64,000 nucleotides of DNA from Eledone cirrhosa (lineage: Eukaryota): NCBI GenBank assembly GCA_964016885.1, contig OZ024749.1, positions 47,926,001 through 47,990,000 of the forward strand, given 5' to 3'. The notes under the pieces are model-generated. The model worked only from the letters and a program-made list of their open reading frames with translations. It was not told the DNA's origin and ran no database searches. Positions 41,737 through 60,046 of the stretch are shown piece by piece. The translations under genes were made by a program, and so were the position numbers. The stretch's first letter is position 1. Each line of letters opens with the position of its first letter.

Positions 41737-42126
41737 AGATATCATTTCGGAAGAAGGATCAGGATGGAGAGAGAGGAGCTGCACCCCAGCCGTTTTTATG
41801 AAAGATGGGTGAAAGTGGCGAGAATGGCCCGTGTGAATGGGCTCTTCACTCTACATCAGACTATAGGTGAGGAAGATGAAAGACCAAGGGAGCACCCCTT
41901 CTCTGTGCTCCTGAGGAAAAGGGTTGCACACTTTTTTTCGACCCCCCCCCCCCCCCCAGGCGCCTCCTCTCTATTGAGGGACTTTGTTATAAATTTTATT
42001 TTTTGTTATATTTTATTTTATTTTTATATATTGTTATTGCCTCCTCCTTGTTGAGGACGCCTTGTTTGTAAATTCCCCCATTGTACTTGTCCCGCTTTTG
42101 ATGCCCTTGTGGCAAATAAAAGAAAC
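41737..42126 (+). mobile_element. 3' end of a Tx1/L1-like LINE inserted at a (TATC)n tract
   Basis: Reads RYHFGRRIRMEREELHPSRFYERWVKVARMARVNG (ER...F..RW motif typical of Tx1/L1 ORF2 C-termini), T-rich 3' UTR, AATAAA, then (TATC)n. Confidence 0.6.
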
Positions 42127-42127
42127 A

Positions 42128-42160
<33 letters not shown>

Positions 42161-42355
42161 GTCTATCTATCTATAATATATATATATATATCATAGCACC
42201 TCAACTACATATAGGAAAACAGACGTACTCACACTAGCATATACACACACGAATACACACTCACACACACATACACACACGTACACACACAAGCACATAT
42301 ATCTATATGTGTGTGGGGGAGAGAGAGAGATAGAGAGAGAGATGCAACTAGATAC

Positions 42356-42502
<147 letters not shown>

Positions 42503-43061
42503 TATATATATATCCATATATAGATACGTATATATATATATATATGTACAATATATAGATACGTATATACATATGTACAATATACAATATACACATATAT
42601 GGCAACAAAGGAACATAAAATATCAAATGGGCAGAAAATGACAAATTTGAATGCACAAATTATATGACAAATCAATGAAAAGTAAAGTTATCTAGACATT
42701 ATTTCTTGGTAATTCGATAGGTGTGAGAAAATCGAAAATCTATTTGACACCCCCGTAATAAACATGTCGAGAAAAGAAATTGTCTTCAATACTGTAAGTC
42801 GTTTCATATTGTGAAGGATTTATGATTTCATTATATACTTCTTCGTCAATGAAATACACGTGACGCTGTGTGTAGATTTGTCTGTGCTCTGTGTGAAATG
42901 ATACTCATAACCATATATACATTCTGAAATACACACAGTCCCACATCTTACGTTAACTATTTTTTCCCATTTTGACGCTATAGTCACTTATATATATTAG
43001 GGAATGCTGTTCGCTTTTCGCTGCAGTGTTTTCTATACCTTTCATTTACATATATATATAT

Positions 43062-43099
43062 GTAAATCTTTGGATTTTAGTCTTCAAATTTATTATTAT

Positions 43100-43103
<4 letters not shown>
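43062..43103 (+). mobile_element. Short terminal fragment of family C (opposite orientation)
   Basis: TCTTTGGATTTTAGTCTTCAAATTTATTATTATTAC then (TA)n. Confidence 0.75.
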
Positions 43104-43170
<67 letters not shown>

Positions 43171-43194
43171 CATTTATATAGATATATACATATA

Positions 43195-43352
43195 TAGGAA
43201 AAGAGTCAGGACCCCGGTTTTGAGCTCCGTCCGGAGCTCAGCCGTTGAGGTCTTGATTCTATTCCTATTACCGAATCTACTACATTAAGTATTGAGTACT
43301 ATGGTTTGCTAGGGTCCACCTGGTATTTTACTTACCCCCTTTGTTCTTTAAA
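43195..43352 (+). mobile_element. Family B copy 3: shortened hairpin plus tail
   Basis: TAGGAA...GACCCCGG..TGAGCTCC-gtcc-GGAGCTCA-GCCGTTGAGGTC...TTCCTA, tail CTACTACATTAAGTATTGAGTACT...GGTCCACCTGG. Confidence 0.85.
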
Positions 43353-43794
43353 TATATATAGAACATATATAAATACACATATATATTGATATCTTTATTG
43401 TTTCTATATATGCATATATGTGTGAGCGTGTGCAGGAGTGCGTCAGTTTGTATACGCATGGGTGTGTATGTGTGTGTTTATATGTATGTATACATATATG
43501 TGTGTTCTTGCACCTTTATATAAGCATATGTGTATATATGCGTCCAATGAAATGTGGTAATTTTGGTGCGAGCACACATGTGTATGTTTTCTCTAGTTTC
43601 TCACAGAAAGTGTATTACATATATAGACGAGACCATGACAGCATATCTCTGCATCCCCGCCCCACCGCACACTGCACATGAGGATCATGAAATCATGAAA
43701 CCGGTTGATTTAAATAAAGTATGTATTCTTATTGCTTCCTATGGGGTTCTAACGTTCAGGATAAACATATTTCTTATATACAGACATGAACACA

Positions 43795-43866
<72 letters not shown>

Positions 43867-43910
43867 ATACTTTGGGAGGGTCAGAAACGAAATATATATA
43901 TACATATATA

Positions 43911-46302
<2,392 letters not shown>

Positions 46303-46329
46303 TATATATATATATATATATATATAGAT

Positions 46330-46373
<44 letters not shown>

Positions 46374-46488
46374 ATAATATATACTTATATATATAAATTA
46401 TTTTTCTGGTAGTAAGCCAGATGGAAAAGTAAATAAATGCCGATAGTTATTTATAAGGTTATCCTTCAATAGTTGGTATCTGTTCATT

Positions 46489-46600
46489 AAGCCGAGGTTA
46501 ACTTTGCCTTTCATCCTTACGGGGTCGATAAAATAAAGTACCAGTAATACTACTGGGATAATTGCTGGGCTTGTGCCAAACGTAGAAGCAATTATATTTA
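46489..46600 (+). mobile_element. SINE family A, 5'-truncated
   Basis: GCCGAGGTTAACTTTGCCTTTCATCCTTACGGGGTCGATAAAATAAAGTACCAGTAA...AGAAGCAATTAT. Confidence 0.88.
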
Positions 46601-47121
46601 TGAAACACGGTTTTCGACTATTAAAACTACAAATGATTTACATCTAGGACAATATTTCCCTGCTGTAACATTATTTACGTTCAACTTTTTAATTCTTTAT
46701 GTATTTTGTTTTGAAGAGTAATGTTATATTTGCCAGCATAAGGGCGATAAATATAACTGCTATAACATTTCATTATCTTCATGCAATACGACGGAAACAT
46801 TACTTGAAGATAGAAATTATTTTTATTTAAAAAACTATTGTTAAATATATAAGGGCATATAAAAAGATATATTATTATGCATTATAAAACATATTTTTTT
46901 AATAATATTGAAAGCAATTTCAAAAAATATGTAACAGAAGGAGATGATAATAAAATCGCGTTTCAGTAATGACTCTTATTCTTAAACAATCATATTTTCA
47001 GAATATAACTTATGGTGCAAACACAGGGAGAGGCGTTTACAATTAGAGGAAACAAGAAAAATCAATATCGTAATAAAATTGATTTAATACTAAATTTAAT
47101 GTACATTATTTCACGTATTGC

Positions 47122-47162
47122 ATGTATATACATGCACACACACACACACACATACATATATA

Positions 47163-47221
<59 letters not shown>

Positions 47222-47297
47222 CTATGTATATATATACATATATATATACATATATATATGCATATGTATATATATATATATATATATATACACATAC

Positions 47298-47377
<80 letters not shown>

Positions 47378-47396
47378 TTAAATATATATATATATG

Positions 47397-47490
<94 letters not shown>
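47122..47490. repeat. Compound (CA)n(TA)n(TG)n microsatellite
   Basis: Directly visible. Confidence 0.97.
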
Positions 47491-50130
47491 GTGAGAGATA
47501 GCTAGGAGTGTAAGATCGAATAGATGCATGTATGGAGGGATGTGTGTGTATGTATATATAATATATAAGTGTTTTTTGTGTGTGTGCATCTTCTATTCTA
47601 TTGATATTGTAAATTTGGGAATTACATGTTTGAATGTGTTCCGGATTATGTACGATAAAATAAATATGCTGACTCTTGCATTTACTCTAATTGAATAATA
47701 CACCCAGATTCAAATATCATATGCCACTTGATTATTAACACAATCATATCTGCCTTTCATAACTTAGTGTACAGAAATGTGGCAGTTTCTTGTACCAATT
47801 GCAATCTACTGAACAATAAAGCATCCACTTATTATATTTAGATATATATACAGAACGTGTTATCTGTCTTTTTCTCGAGAATTATTAAGATTTGTCTACC
47901 ATTGAGTTATGTATATTGAGCCAAGTACAAATTATATATTCATATAATTATTTACATGTATGTATATATTTGTAATTTGCAATATATATATATATATATG
48001 GGGGGGGGTATGGGTGGAGGGGGAGTATGCGTGTATGTGTGTGTGTTTGTACTTGTGTGTGTGTGTGTATATTTAACTATATATATATATTCAAATATCA
48101 TATATAATCTATTTCTTAGGTTAAGAGAAACATCTCCATATTAACCGAAACTTTAGCAGTATCGATTCGTCGCTTCGGAATATTTAGTTGTGTGCATTAA
48201 AAGCTATAACGTTATAAGTATGAAATAAAAATTACTGAATCGTTCTTCCTGAACTTTTGTATTTTCTTTATGGTTGTATGAAATTATTCATGCTAAATTC
48301 CTTGTACTGACTGACATATTTGTCCTATTGACAGCCATGTTTTCAATGAGACGTATATCGATGATAAATAAATATAAAATGATAAAAGTAGAAAATTGCA
48401 CGTAGTTTCAAATAAATATGTAGGAATATTTCTTCTCAATATACATAATGACATGAGCTAGGGCCTGCAAACATATTTTCTTACTCTCTGTTTTTTTTTT
48501 GTTTTTTTTTTCATTCCATACTTGTCATTAAGTACAACCGCAATCACCATTGCGTTTGAAATGAGAAATTAGACAGCATTCAAGAGTTTATGTTCAGATA
48601 TCCATTCATATGTTACAATATACTCGTTAGTTCCTAATGACATTAGGAAATGTTTTCTTCTGACATGACGTATTCCATGAATAATTTCCATAAGACTTAT
48701 CGAAAATTATTTCTGCTGTGTAAATCTATGTGTGTTTCCTTCAGTATGTGTATGTGGTTATTTCATAAAAAGCGTCTAACTCTTAATTCAATAATGCATA
48801 TAGAAACAAATTGGCGTTGTTTAATGTTCTCATAAATCAGTTGTAAATGTTGTACAAGTTCTTAGAAACACCACAAATAACAATGGAAACACATACTGCA
48901 ATATATATGTACAATGTATTAATGCTAAAATCAAATGTATACGAATATTGTATTAAGACGATAAATATTTTAAAGTGACAATACATAAAAATTCCACTAA
49001 TCTTCGTGTCACAAAGAAAGCTACTATGCAGCTAAAATGACAAATTAACAGACAAAGGCTGGCTGTGTGTCTTGTAGCCTAAAGCAACCCAGATCGAGTG
49101 AACTTAAAAGCAAAATCTCTCCTACGATTAACACTCACATTTTCACATTATATCTATGCATACGGTATATGATGTACTTTTTTTTATATTTTGTTTACTT
49201 TTATGCTGTTCTATGTATTCGATATGGTTATATTTTCAATCACGTAGACCATACACATAATAGTATCCTGTATTCCGTTATATGATGCTTCGAAAGAAAC
49301 ATTGCAAAAGGAATAACATTAGTTCATATTTCGAATGATATACATCAAAACAATCTATGATTAAGAATTCGCATAACGTGTTCTTTATTAGGCACACATA
49401 AGAACTACGAAGTGACGAAATTAATCGATAAAATAGACTTTACTAATTTTTATTTCATATATCCCTGAAAAATAGCAGTAGGTGTGGGATTCAATATATT
49501 TGGGAATAAAAATTTAAAGAGATGTGGGAAAACTCCCTGACATTTTCATGAGACGTGTTAACGCTTTTGCTAAACAACTACACTAAGAAACCTGAAACAT
49601 TGTGTGTTCTAATTCGCTTTGATCTATTCCACAGAGACCAGCATTTACTGAGGCAGATCTTCAAAATCATTCCAGCTATGCTTATTTCATCCTTTCATAA
49701 TTTCAAAACTATATTGATTAATGTGGCTTTAGTGTTATTGGGTCAGATATGATTGGCTTCTATACAAATATGATCATACGACCGAATAGAAGAATCTATC
49801 TTAGCTTCTAATCTTCTTATATTTGATACTGAGAGATGATCATTCACAAGGTGATAATGACGACAATTATTTATACATATCTTATGTATATCAATATCTT
49901 CTGTTTTTAGACATTAATATATTTTAGAAAACTTTTCTAACTTGTTTCTTGTATAGTGACCAAATATGTAAATCTCTTGCATATAAAGAGATATCCTAAT
50001 GGAAACAAATGGGATATGACATTCACGAGAAAAGCTCTAATATATAATGGCGTTAAAGAAATCTTATTATTTATAGATAACATTTGCTTACAACAACATT
50101 TATAAGCATTATGCAGTTAAACATATCCTT

Positions 50131-50182
<52 letters not shown>

Positions 50183-50978
50183 ACATATATATGTGTGTGT
50201 GTACGTTTTGCATGCATATATACATGTATGTATAGAGAAGGAATAATGCTCGTAACTACCTAGTACATTATTCATATATATTATGAGCATTACTTTTTTT
50301 TATTTTGTGTTAAGTATAATCTATACTTTGGGAAATATCACTAAAAGAAATAATTCATACCACTCGATATGATTAAAGTAAGAATGTTAAAAGTATCATA
50401 TTGCTGTGAAAATTTCAAAAGACAAGCCAGAGAACATAATGTCTCGACGGCATGAAATGGAAGAAAACTAATAATTTAACAATTAGCCATTGCTATAACA
50501 TTGTCTGTCAGACGTTTTATATGAATTTCACTCCTTTAAAAGTTGAAAACACCAAATAAAACTCATATCCTCTACGTGCTTTTACAAACTGAAAGAATTG
50601 CCAGAAACATTTCTGAAATTAAATATTTTTATTTAAAAAATAGGTAATGGGTGTCACATAAGATATATATGAGGCATGAAAGAAGTATATGATTTCCACG
50701 AATAGAGTAGCTTCCCTTGTATGTATGGTAATTCTGTACATCAATGGTAACAACAGGCGTAATTCCAGCACCAAAACCATTAATTTCAGCACAGGGGCAA
50801 TGTAGTGTTTATTCTTATCAAATCAACATCTTTCACATGATCCTTCCATTATATTTTGATATTTTCCTTTAAATTTTACCAATTCACGAAAATACATTAC
50901 CCGGAGCATATATGACGCTTTTATTCCTCCGTATTGCGTATTTAGTACGTTTATTTCCTCTTCTGACCCTTTACTATA

Positions 50979-51031
<53 letters not shown>

Positions 51032-51059
51032 TTATAAAAATACAGATATAAATAATATA

Positions 51060-51082
51060 ACAATATGACCCTCCCCAAGTAT

Positions 51083-51090
<8 letters not shown>
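51060..51090 (+). mobile_element. Terminal fragment of family F
   Basis: AATATGACCCTCCCCAAGTATAACAATATA matches 46277-46305. Confidence 0.7.
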
Positions 51091-51143
<53 letters not shown>

Positions 51144-51164
51144 TTTTAATATAGTTTAATTCTA

Positions 51165-51260
51165 GTCCTGTAGAATCTCATCTATATTAAAACTGTTATA
51201 CTCTGCTATGTATTGAGTACCTTACTTACTGTGGTTACCTCCAATTCAACCCGGAATAAC

Positions 51261-51261
<1 letters not shown>
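51165..51261 (+). mobile_element. Family E tail fragment in (TA)n
   Basis: CTGTAGAA...ACTCTGCTATGTATTGAGTACCTTACTTACTG...AACCC aligns with 24190-24275. Confidence 0.7.
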
Positions 51262-51311
<50 letters not shown>

Positions 51312-52809
51312 TGTGGGGGGGGCTGCGGGTGTGTGTGTGTGTGTGGGGGGGGGTTGTGTTTGCGTATTTTGACTCTCTGAGAAAGCCTCTTTGTGTATGT
51401 GTGAGAAAAATAGAGACAAGGAGAGAACTGGGGAGAAATCATATCTTAGTTACCACCTCTACTTACTTCATTGCGTCCACATCCTTAATACTACCCCAGA
51501 ATAGAAAATATCAAACCCTTATTACTTGAAATTTCGCATATGTAAATCCGATGTTTACAATTTATTGACAATTATTACCTGTTTTTACAAAAGCTTCATT
51601 GAGGTCTAGTTATCTCCCTTTAGTGCGTTACTATCAGCGGGGTATTGATTTTCCAGTGCATAAAATATAATTAGAAATCATAAACATCTTAGTAAAACAT
51701 ATTCACCGTGATGAAGGTCAGTTGGTGCAAACGTTAGCACAATGTACCAGTGTACCAGATAATCTACTGTTTTCATTTCCTTTGATTCTCGTAAAGCTTA
51801 GTCAATCATTTGTCTACAAGTTCGATAATAAACATGCAATGATTTTACTTGCTTTAAACCAATTGATATACTAACAATGAAACATTACCCAAGGCCTCAA
51901 GATTAAGCAAAAAATCAATGTCTACTATAATAAATACTTTACTAGCCTGAATTGCATTTACTTTATTATCAAATAATAATATTACTAAATAGACGAGCGT
52001 ATGATATTAATAAGCATTTTTAATGCAAAACAAAACAAAAACGTATGTGAACCTGAGAAGCATATTTAACTGCAAATGGACTTAGTTGTATGCATTGATG
52101 TTTGGATGAATAGGTTTAAGTTTACGGGTTCGATGACACAACATGGAGACTTAGAATCTGTTTTCCACAATAAGCTAAGGTCAACTAATGTATTACGGTA
52201 GAGTTTACGAAGACATAATGTGTAGTAAACTTTGGTTCGGCATATTTAATCCACCCCTCTTTTATGATTATCACTTCGCTTTCATGATTATCATCTGAGA
52301 GCTCAGAGGAGGGCTTCCTCCTATTCTACACACCGAATTTAGTTGACCGGAAAAGGTTGAAGCATTTCGCTCTTTTCTTTCTCTGGTTATACAACAACAT
52401 ACGATAATAGTATTTCACAAACGTATATAATGCACCAAAGACTCAGATGTTGATTCTGAATCAAGCAAACAACAGCATCTATGAAACAATGGGGCAGATC
52501 CTGATTTTCAATACAGCTAAGTGTTGTAACAAATACTACAATATACCTCTTTCGAAACTCTACCTCACCTTATTGGTAATTTGTTCCATCTATCCCGATT
52601 AAATATACTGCCATATTGACCTGGATCCCAATTGAAATCTAAGCTGGAAATAATATTACGAATCCATTTTGACCAATACACTTATGATTCTATCAATGTA
52701 CTTAGTATTTTAAAAAACCTCCTATCGGTCAGGAAAAAAACCATGTGATTTGCACCGAGACAGGTCCTCTCTGGGGCACAAATTTCCGCAATATTGTCCA
52801 AGGAAAAAG

Positions 52810-52990
52810 CAAATGCTGATACAGTTTGGCACCAGTGACGTTGAAACTCATTTCTACAGCTGGGTGAACCGGAGCAACGTGAAATAAAATGTCTTGCTCA
52901 AGAACAAATCACAAAGCTCGGTCCGAGAACCGAACTTACAAACCTCGTGACTATAGGACCGATACTCTGACCACTAACCCATCCGTCTTT
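52810..52990 (-). mobile_element. tRNA-derived SINE
   Basis: Reverse-complement head GGTTAGTGGTCAGAGTATCGG...GTTCGGTTCTCGG, then TTCTTGAGCAAGACATTTTATTTCACGTTGCTCCGGTTCACCCAGCTG. Confidence 0.78.
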
Positions 52991-53138
52991 ACTGCTAACA
53001 TTTAATCATGAGCATATATATGGGTGTGATGTTACTACATGACACAGATTATGCCTTTCACCAAAGTTTGTCATAGCTTTATTTGAACTCATATAGCAAG
53101 GAGGTCAAAGTTTTTACTGAAGTGTAATAAATGTACTA

Positions 53139-53176
53139 GCTTAAGTGATTGGGAATGGGCTTAAGTGATTGGGAAT
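53139..53176. repeat. 20 bp tandem duplication
   Basis: GCTTAAGTGATTGGGAAT x2. Confidence 0.85.
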
Positions 53177-54374
53177 AGAAAGATAAACAATGAAAGAAAA
53201 AGAGAGATCGACAGGTAAGTGATAGTAAGAGGTTTCAATATTATGTTAGAAAGCGATAGTAGGACTAGTAGGACACAGCAATGTAAATATATATTTATTC
53301 AACAAAAAGGTATAGGAAACAAAGTGACAACTATGCAGAAAAAGTAGAGTAAATATCTGAATATTCATAACGGTAAACATTGTATATGTATGCGTCGAAT
53401 CTTTGCGTGGGTTCTTTCTTTGTGTGTATAGATATATAGAGACATATATATATATATGTATGTGGGAGAGGGGGTATGCTGCCGTGTGTGTGTGTGGGGG
53501 GGGGGGGGGGGTGAATATACAAGTATGCATACATATATTTCCATTAACACAACAAATATTCTCTCACCTCATTTATTAAATTATTCAAGGTAAAACGCGA
53601 TAGAATAATGGAAAACAAAGTTTTATACTATATATATCACTTGCAAGTTATCATTATTCGTGATGATATAGATATGTGTCGTGAATGTAACTATAAGATT
53701 AATATTTATACATAAAATGAATATGACAGAAGCAATTAAATCAATAGCACCTCTCCGACTTGCCAAGTGAATTTTCAGTTGCAATTTTCTTCCCCTTAGT
53801 TTAATTGTCCGGGAATTCTAACTAGCCGTGCATAAATCACTAATGGTATACACTAAAACTTCACCAAATTTAAATAATTCGATTTTCCTTTAATAATAAG
53901 CAATCTTTTATCCAACTACATGTGATATATTAGGTTTGACAAGTGTTAAGGGCATTAGTAAATCGAGTTATTACAATTAGGACGTTTTATGAGCATTTAA
54001 TAAATAGGTGTCCGATGTCCGGCCCATTATACACGAGTGTGTATGTATGCAATTTGAAGTATACACACAGACACATACACAGACACACATACATGTCAAT
54101 GGATGTACGTGCGTGTGTTATTTTGGTTTGTATATAAGAGTATTTGTGAGCCTGAAGCAGTAATATGATTTTATATATTTACTATATATATTATTTTTAG
54201 ATGTAAAATGCCTTTATTGATTGAGTGAATTAATTTACATATAAATTGCATCCGTATCTATCAATTTATACCCACACCACAAACACGAACACGCTCACAT
54301 ACATCCACACCAATACAGACACACACACCACATATATATGTATATATATATATATACATCACACCATTTTTCAT

Positions 54375-54944
54375 TCCTATAATTTTCCCCTTAGCTGTGA
54401 TCTGTATTTCTCTTCCCTTACTGCTATCCTCTTTCTCTCTGCACCTTCTCTCTCATTGTACCTCTTATTTTCATTTACCCCCTCTGCTAGTCACCCTCTC
54501 GCGGCTAGCCTCTTCCTCACACTTTCACTCACTCACTCTCTGCTACTCACCCCTTCTCACTTCCTCCCGTCTGACCCGTGTGCAATTCTTTTCTCGCTCA
54601 CATTTCACTTGGCTTAGATGTGTCTGTAGCCTTCTCCTCAATAATTATCTAGATCTTATGTTCACATGTATCACTGACTTGTTTGTCATTTTTCCACTCT
54701 TTACGTTGCCTCACCATTCTTATTTGTTTACATGTCTCTTTCTCATCTTTCTCCACCCAATTCCTTTTATCCCAATAACTTATTTTAGTTATTGATCGCG
54801 CTGGCCTGCGTTATCTGATCTTTAATGCGAAGTAATACATATGATGTCCAGAAGATCACTGATGATGGATAGTTCTGGCTTCTAGCTCTATTTTTTTAAT
54901 TCATGTGTATCACAATCGCAACAACGCAGCACGTCATGTTTTTC

Positions 54945-54946
<2 letters not shown>
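54375..54946 (+). mobile_element. Diverged single-unit copy of family D with an expanded-stem-II HHR remnant
   Basis: CCTCTGCTAGTCACCCTCTCGCGGCTAGCCTCTTCCTC and TTTATCCCAATAACTTA match 20295-20570; CTGATGA-TGGATAG...GCAA-CAACGCAGCACG-TC near the 3' end, then (TA)n. Confidence 0.8.
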
Positions 54947-55026
<80 letters not shown>

Positions 55027-55218
55027 ATAGGAACAAGTAAGACCCCGACGGCTGAGCTCAAGCCGTTTCGATGTCTAATTCTGGACTGAATTAGCCGTCG
55101 AAAGGGCTTGAGCTCAGCCGTCGGGGTCTTACTTGTTCCTATTACCGACTCTACTACACTAAGTATTGAGTACTTTGGTGCGTTATGGTCCACCTGGTTC
55201 CTTACCACTTTTCCTTCG

Positions 55219-55219
<1 letters not shown>
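55027..55219 (+). mobile_element. Family B copy 4 (best preserved): ~115 nt hairpin plus ~77 nt tail
   Basis: TAGGAACAAGTAAGACCCCGACGGCTGAGCTCAAGCC pairs perfectly with GGCTTGAGCTCAGCCGTCGGGGTCTTACTTGTTCCTA; (TA)n on both sides. Confidence 0.92.
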
Positions 55220-55250
<31 letters not shown>

Positions 55251-55282
55251 TTGTTTGTGCGTACACATATATATATATATAC

Positions 55283-55490
<208 letters not shown>

Positions 55491-55690
55491 TTTTAGTTCT
55501 GGATGGAGTTGTGCCTTATAATCATGGACTTCCACAGCCAGTCGTCGCCTATCAACCGTTATTTACAGCATAGCGGGTCAGGTTTGCAGAGAGTATATAT
55601 AGAGCAACAATAAGGTTTGCAGCGTTTTGTGAAACTTAATTGCATATATAATCTTTCACAAAAAGCTGTAATTCTTATTGTCACACACTA

Positions 55691-57009
<1,319 letters not shown>

Positions 57010-57071
57010 GAGGGGGAAGGGTTTTGGTAGTGTGTGACAATAAGAATTGCAGCTTTATATATACTGCAGCT

Positions 57072-57106
<35 letters not shown>

Positions 57107-57115
57107 TTATATATA

Positions 57116-57429
<314 letters not shown>

Positions 57430-57436
57430 GTATATA

Positions 57437-58031
57437 CTGGTGCTACTGGTAACATGTATCCCAGTACAACCTGTCTCATGGTCGGGTCGTTGGCGACTAA
57501 ACTGGCAACCCCACCAAGGTTTCTTGGTGAGGAGGGTGACTTTGGACATCCTGCAGGACTAAAAACAAAACCTGTCAAAGGGCAAAGGAGCTCTTAAGAG
57601 TCAATGGCCATCCAAAATCACCGGGAGAGATGACCCCTTAGCCTTTGTCAAGGCAGAATTCTAGGAGAAGGAAAACTCTGATATAACACCTGCAACCCTG
57701 ATGGTATCCAATGATGTTGACTTGTTCTTCTTTTTGGTACATATCATCTTGTTTAAGAGAGTGGGACTTGCTTTGTGCAGTGCCTTTGCTCACTATAAAA
57801 GCTTCACGGCACAGGCATTGCTTTATATCTGGAGATCTCTCTGCACTTGTCGTCAGATGGTACCATGGGCCCAGCACTATGTGTCAATAATTGTCAAAAG
57901 TGTAGTGTTTGTACCAGAGTTTTCAAATCGCTGGCTGGACTAAAAAGTCACACTCGTTCAGCGCATCCGTAGGGGTTCTCCTACATGGATATAAAGTAGT
58001 GGCCGTACTCGAAAACGAGTTGGCAGCCACC
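57437..58031 (+). mobile_element. Internally deleted (bipartite) RTE-type retroelement in (TA)n
   Basis: RTE-like 5' UTR block GGCAGAATTCTAGGAGAAGGAAAACTCTGAT; terminal C2H2 finger CSVCTRVFKSLAGLKSHTRSAHP* at 57901-57972; 3' hairpin CTCG-aaaa-CGAG then TA tail. Confidence 0.75.
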
Positions 58032-59159
58032 ATATATATATATATATTTATATATACATATATCATAAATGTTCCTTGAGATGGTTCAAACACTAAAGCA
58101 CCCCTCATCCGATATTTTTAGAATATATTTCAATCCAATATATAAGTTTCTACACGACAAATTTCAGTTGAGACATACAATATAAAAAAGCCTCGCACAC
58201 TTTCAGCTGTGCTACAGCTACGTGAAAAAACATTACTCAACATGAAGGGTTTCAAAATAAACTCCAACTGGATTAAATGAAATAATTTTTACAGGAATAC
58301 ATTAGCCCTTTTTTTCTTCATAGCATTTATTTTCTTAGATTGATTCTACTTCCAACACTAGGTCAGTATATAACATTCAATGATATTTAATTTATTACAA
58401 GATTTTGCCATTTTCATTCAATGGGTTTTTCTGTGCCAAATTCTACACTAACCAACATAACTGCTCATGAGAGAAGGTAAACCGTTTTTTTAATTACTTT
58501 CCTAACAATATCCTTCAGTATACACCTCGATGGAAATCTATAAAGCCAGAGTATCAACTAAATCAAACTATCAGTCTCGGAGTGCTAACTATTGTAACTG
58601 TTGCATTATTTTATCACAAGAAAACCATAGAAATATAATCGTATACGATCAATAATACTCATGGCATCCTAAAGGTATCATAATACGTTCAATGTAATCC
58701 CACACAAGTCGAATTGGCCTTTCATCGACACGGATTCTAGAATAAATACAATAAACTGTGCAGACAATTGCAAATGTGAGGTCACGTGCCAATTGAAACT
58801 AAGCAATCATTATTTTATCAAATAACGGTATAATATGTAAGGCAAGTCTAATTCTCATTCATTGCTTTGCAATTAATTTAGGTTTGAATTTAAGACTGCT
58901 CACGTAGTTTAGTACTAGGAAATAAGATTTTTATTTCTTCTTTTGTATCTAAAGTACATTAACGAACCAACAGTTACTTCTATAAAGACCATTATTGAAA
59001 TGTTTATTTTCTTTGATAATGTACGCAGCTTTATTCCCAATAAATATATACAAATCTACATACACATTTATATGGTCTGTCTAACACCAAAGGATTTAGA
59101 AAATCTTGAAGTTATCAGTGCGATGATCATCATTCTATACTATAATGCGTTTTGTAAAC

Positions 59160-59192
59160 AATAGCGTTACCAGTAGCGTTACCAATAGCGTT
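59160..59192. repeat. 12 bp tandem repeat, ~3 copies
   Basis: ATAGCGTTACCA-GTAGCGTTACCA-ATAGCGTT. Confidence 0.8.
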
Positions 59193-59392
59193 TCTTGAGG
59201 TGTCCTATTTGTAGCAGTTGATAGCAGGTTCTTCATGTTACTGAAACTAAAACGCATTGCTAATACGTCCGAAAATAAAACTAAAAGCCATCATTTTTAA
59301 AATACTTACTCTAATGCTTCTAGAAAACCAAATATTTTACATTTCCAAAAGTTATCTTCTGAGTTTGGAATTCGTATGCATTCAATGTATAT

Positions 59393-59475
<83 letters not shown>

Positions 59476-59875
59476 ACTGTTGTAACTAATTATATATATA
59501 TATTATATGTATTTCGATTCCCCGAGCTGATCGACAGAGAAATATGTAATATGTGAATAAATATGTATATGATACAACACATTCTTTATATACATATGCA
59601 TGTACGTGTGTGTGTGTGCTTTTCTGTATGCGTGTTTGTCACGGCTTCTTCTAACGTTTGTGTACTAGATACAGGTTTCTATTAACAATATATTTTTTAA
59701 CATGATTTTATTGCCGTAGCTTCCATACGGTTTCTTTTTAATAAGGTTGAACGTAGGAATGGGTGGTTTCCAAGCGAAATTCTTTAACACAGCCAGTTCC
59801 TTTTCTATCGGAGCACTACTAATATAGAGGTCTTGAAAGATTAAACGAAAAATAAACGTTCTTTCTCTCCCTCTC

Positions 59876-59939
<64 letters not shown>

Positions 59940-59942
<3 letters not shown>

Positions 59943-60046
59943 ATAATAATAAATTTGAAGACTAAAATCCAAAGAGGGCTCGATAAGGAATAAATATATA
60001 TCAAATATATAAGAACCCTAGAGCAAATACATTATTTTAATAAATA
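59940..60046 (-). mobile_element. Family C copy with the hairpin deleted
   Basis: Matches 40744-40830, then jumps to TTATTTTAATAAATATA, the outer end of the right arm. Confidence 0.85.

Noticed and set aside
55027-55142. miRNA precursor reading of the family B hairpin
   Set aside because: Multi-copy, microsatellite-embedded and attached to a mobile-element tail; cannot be called without small-RNA data
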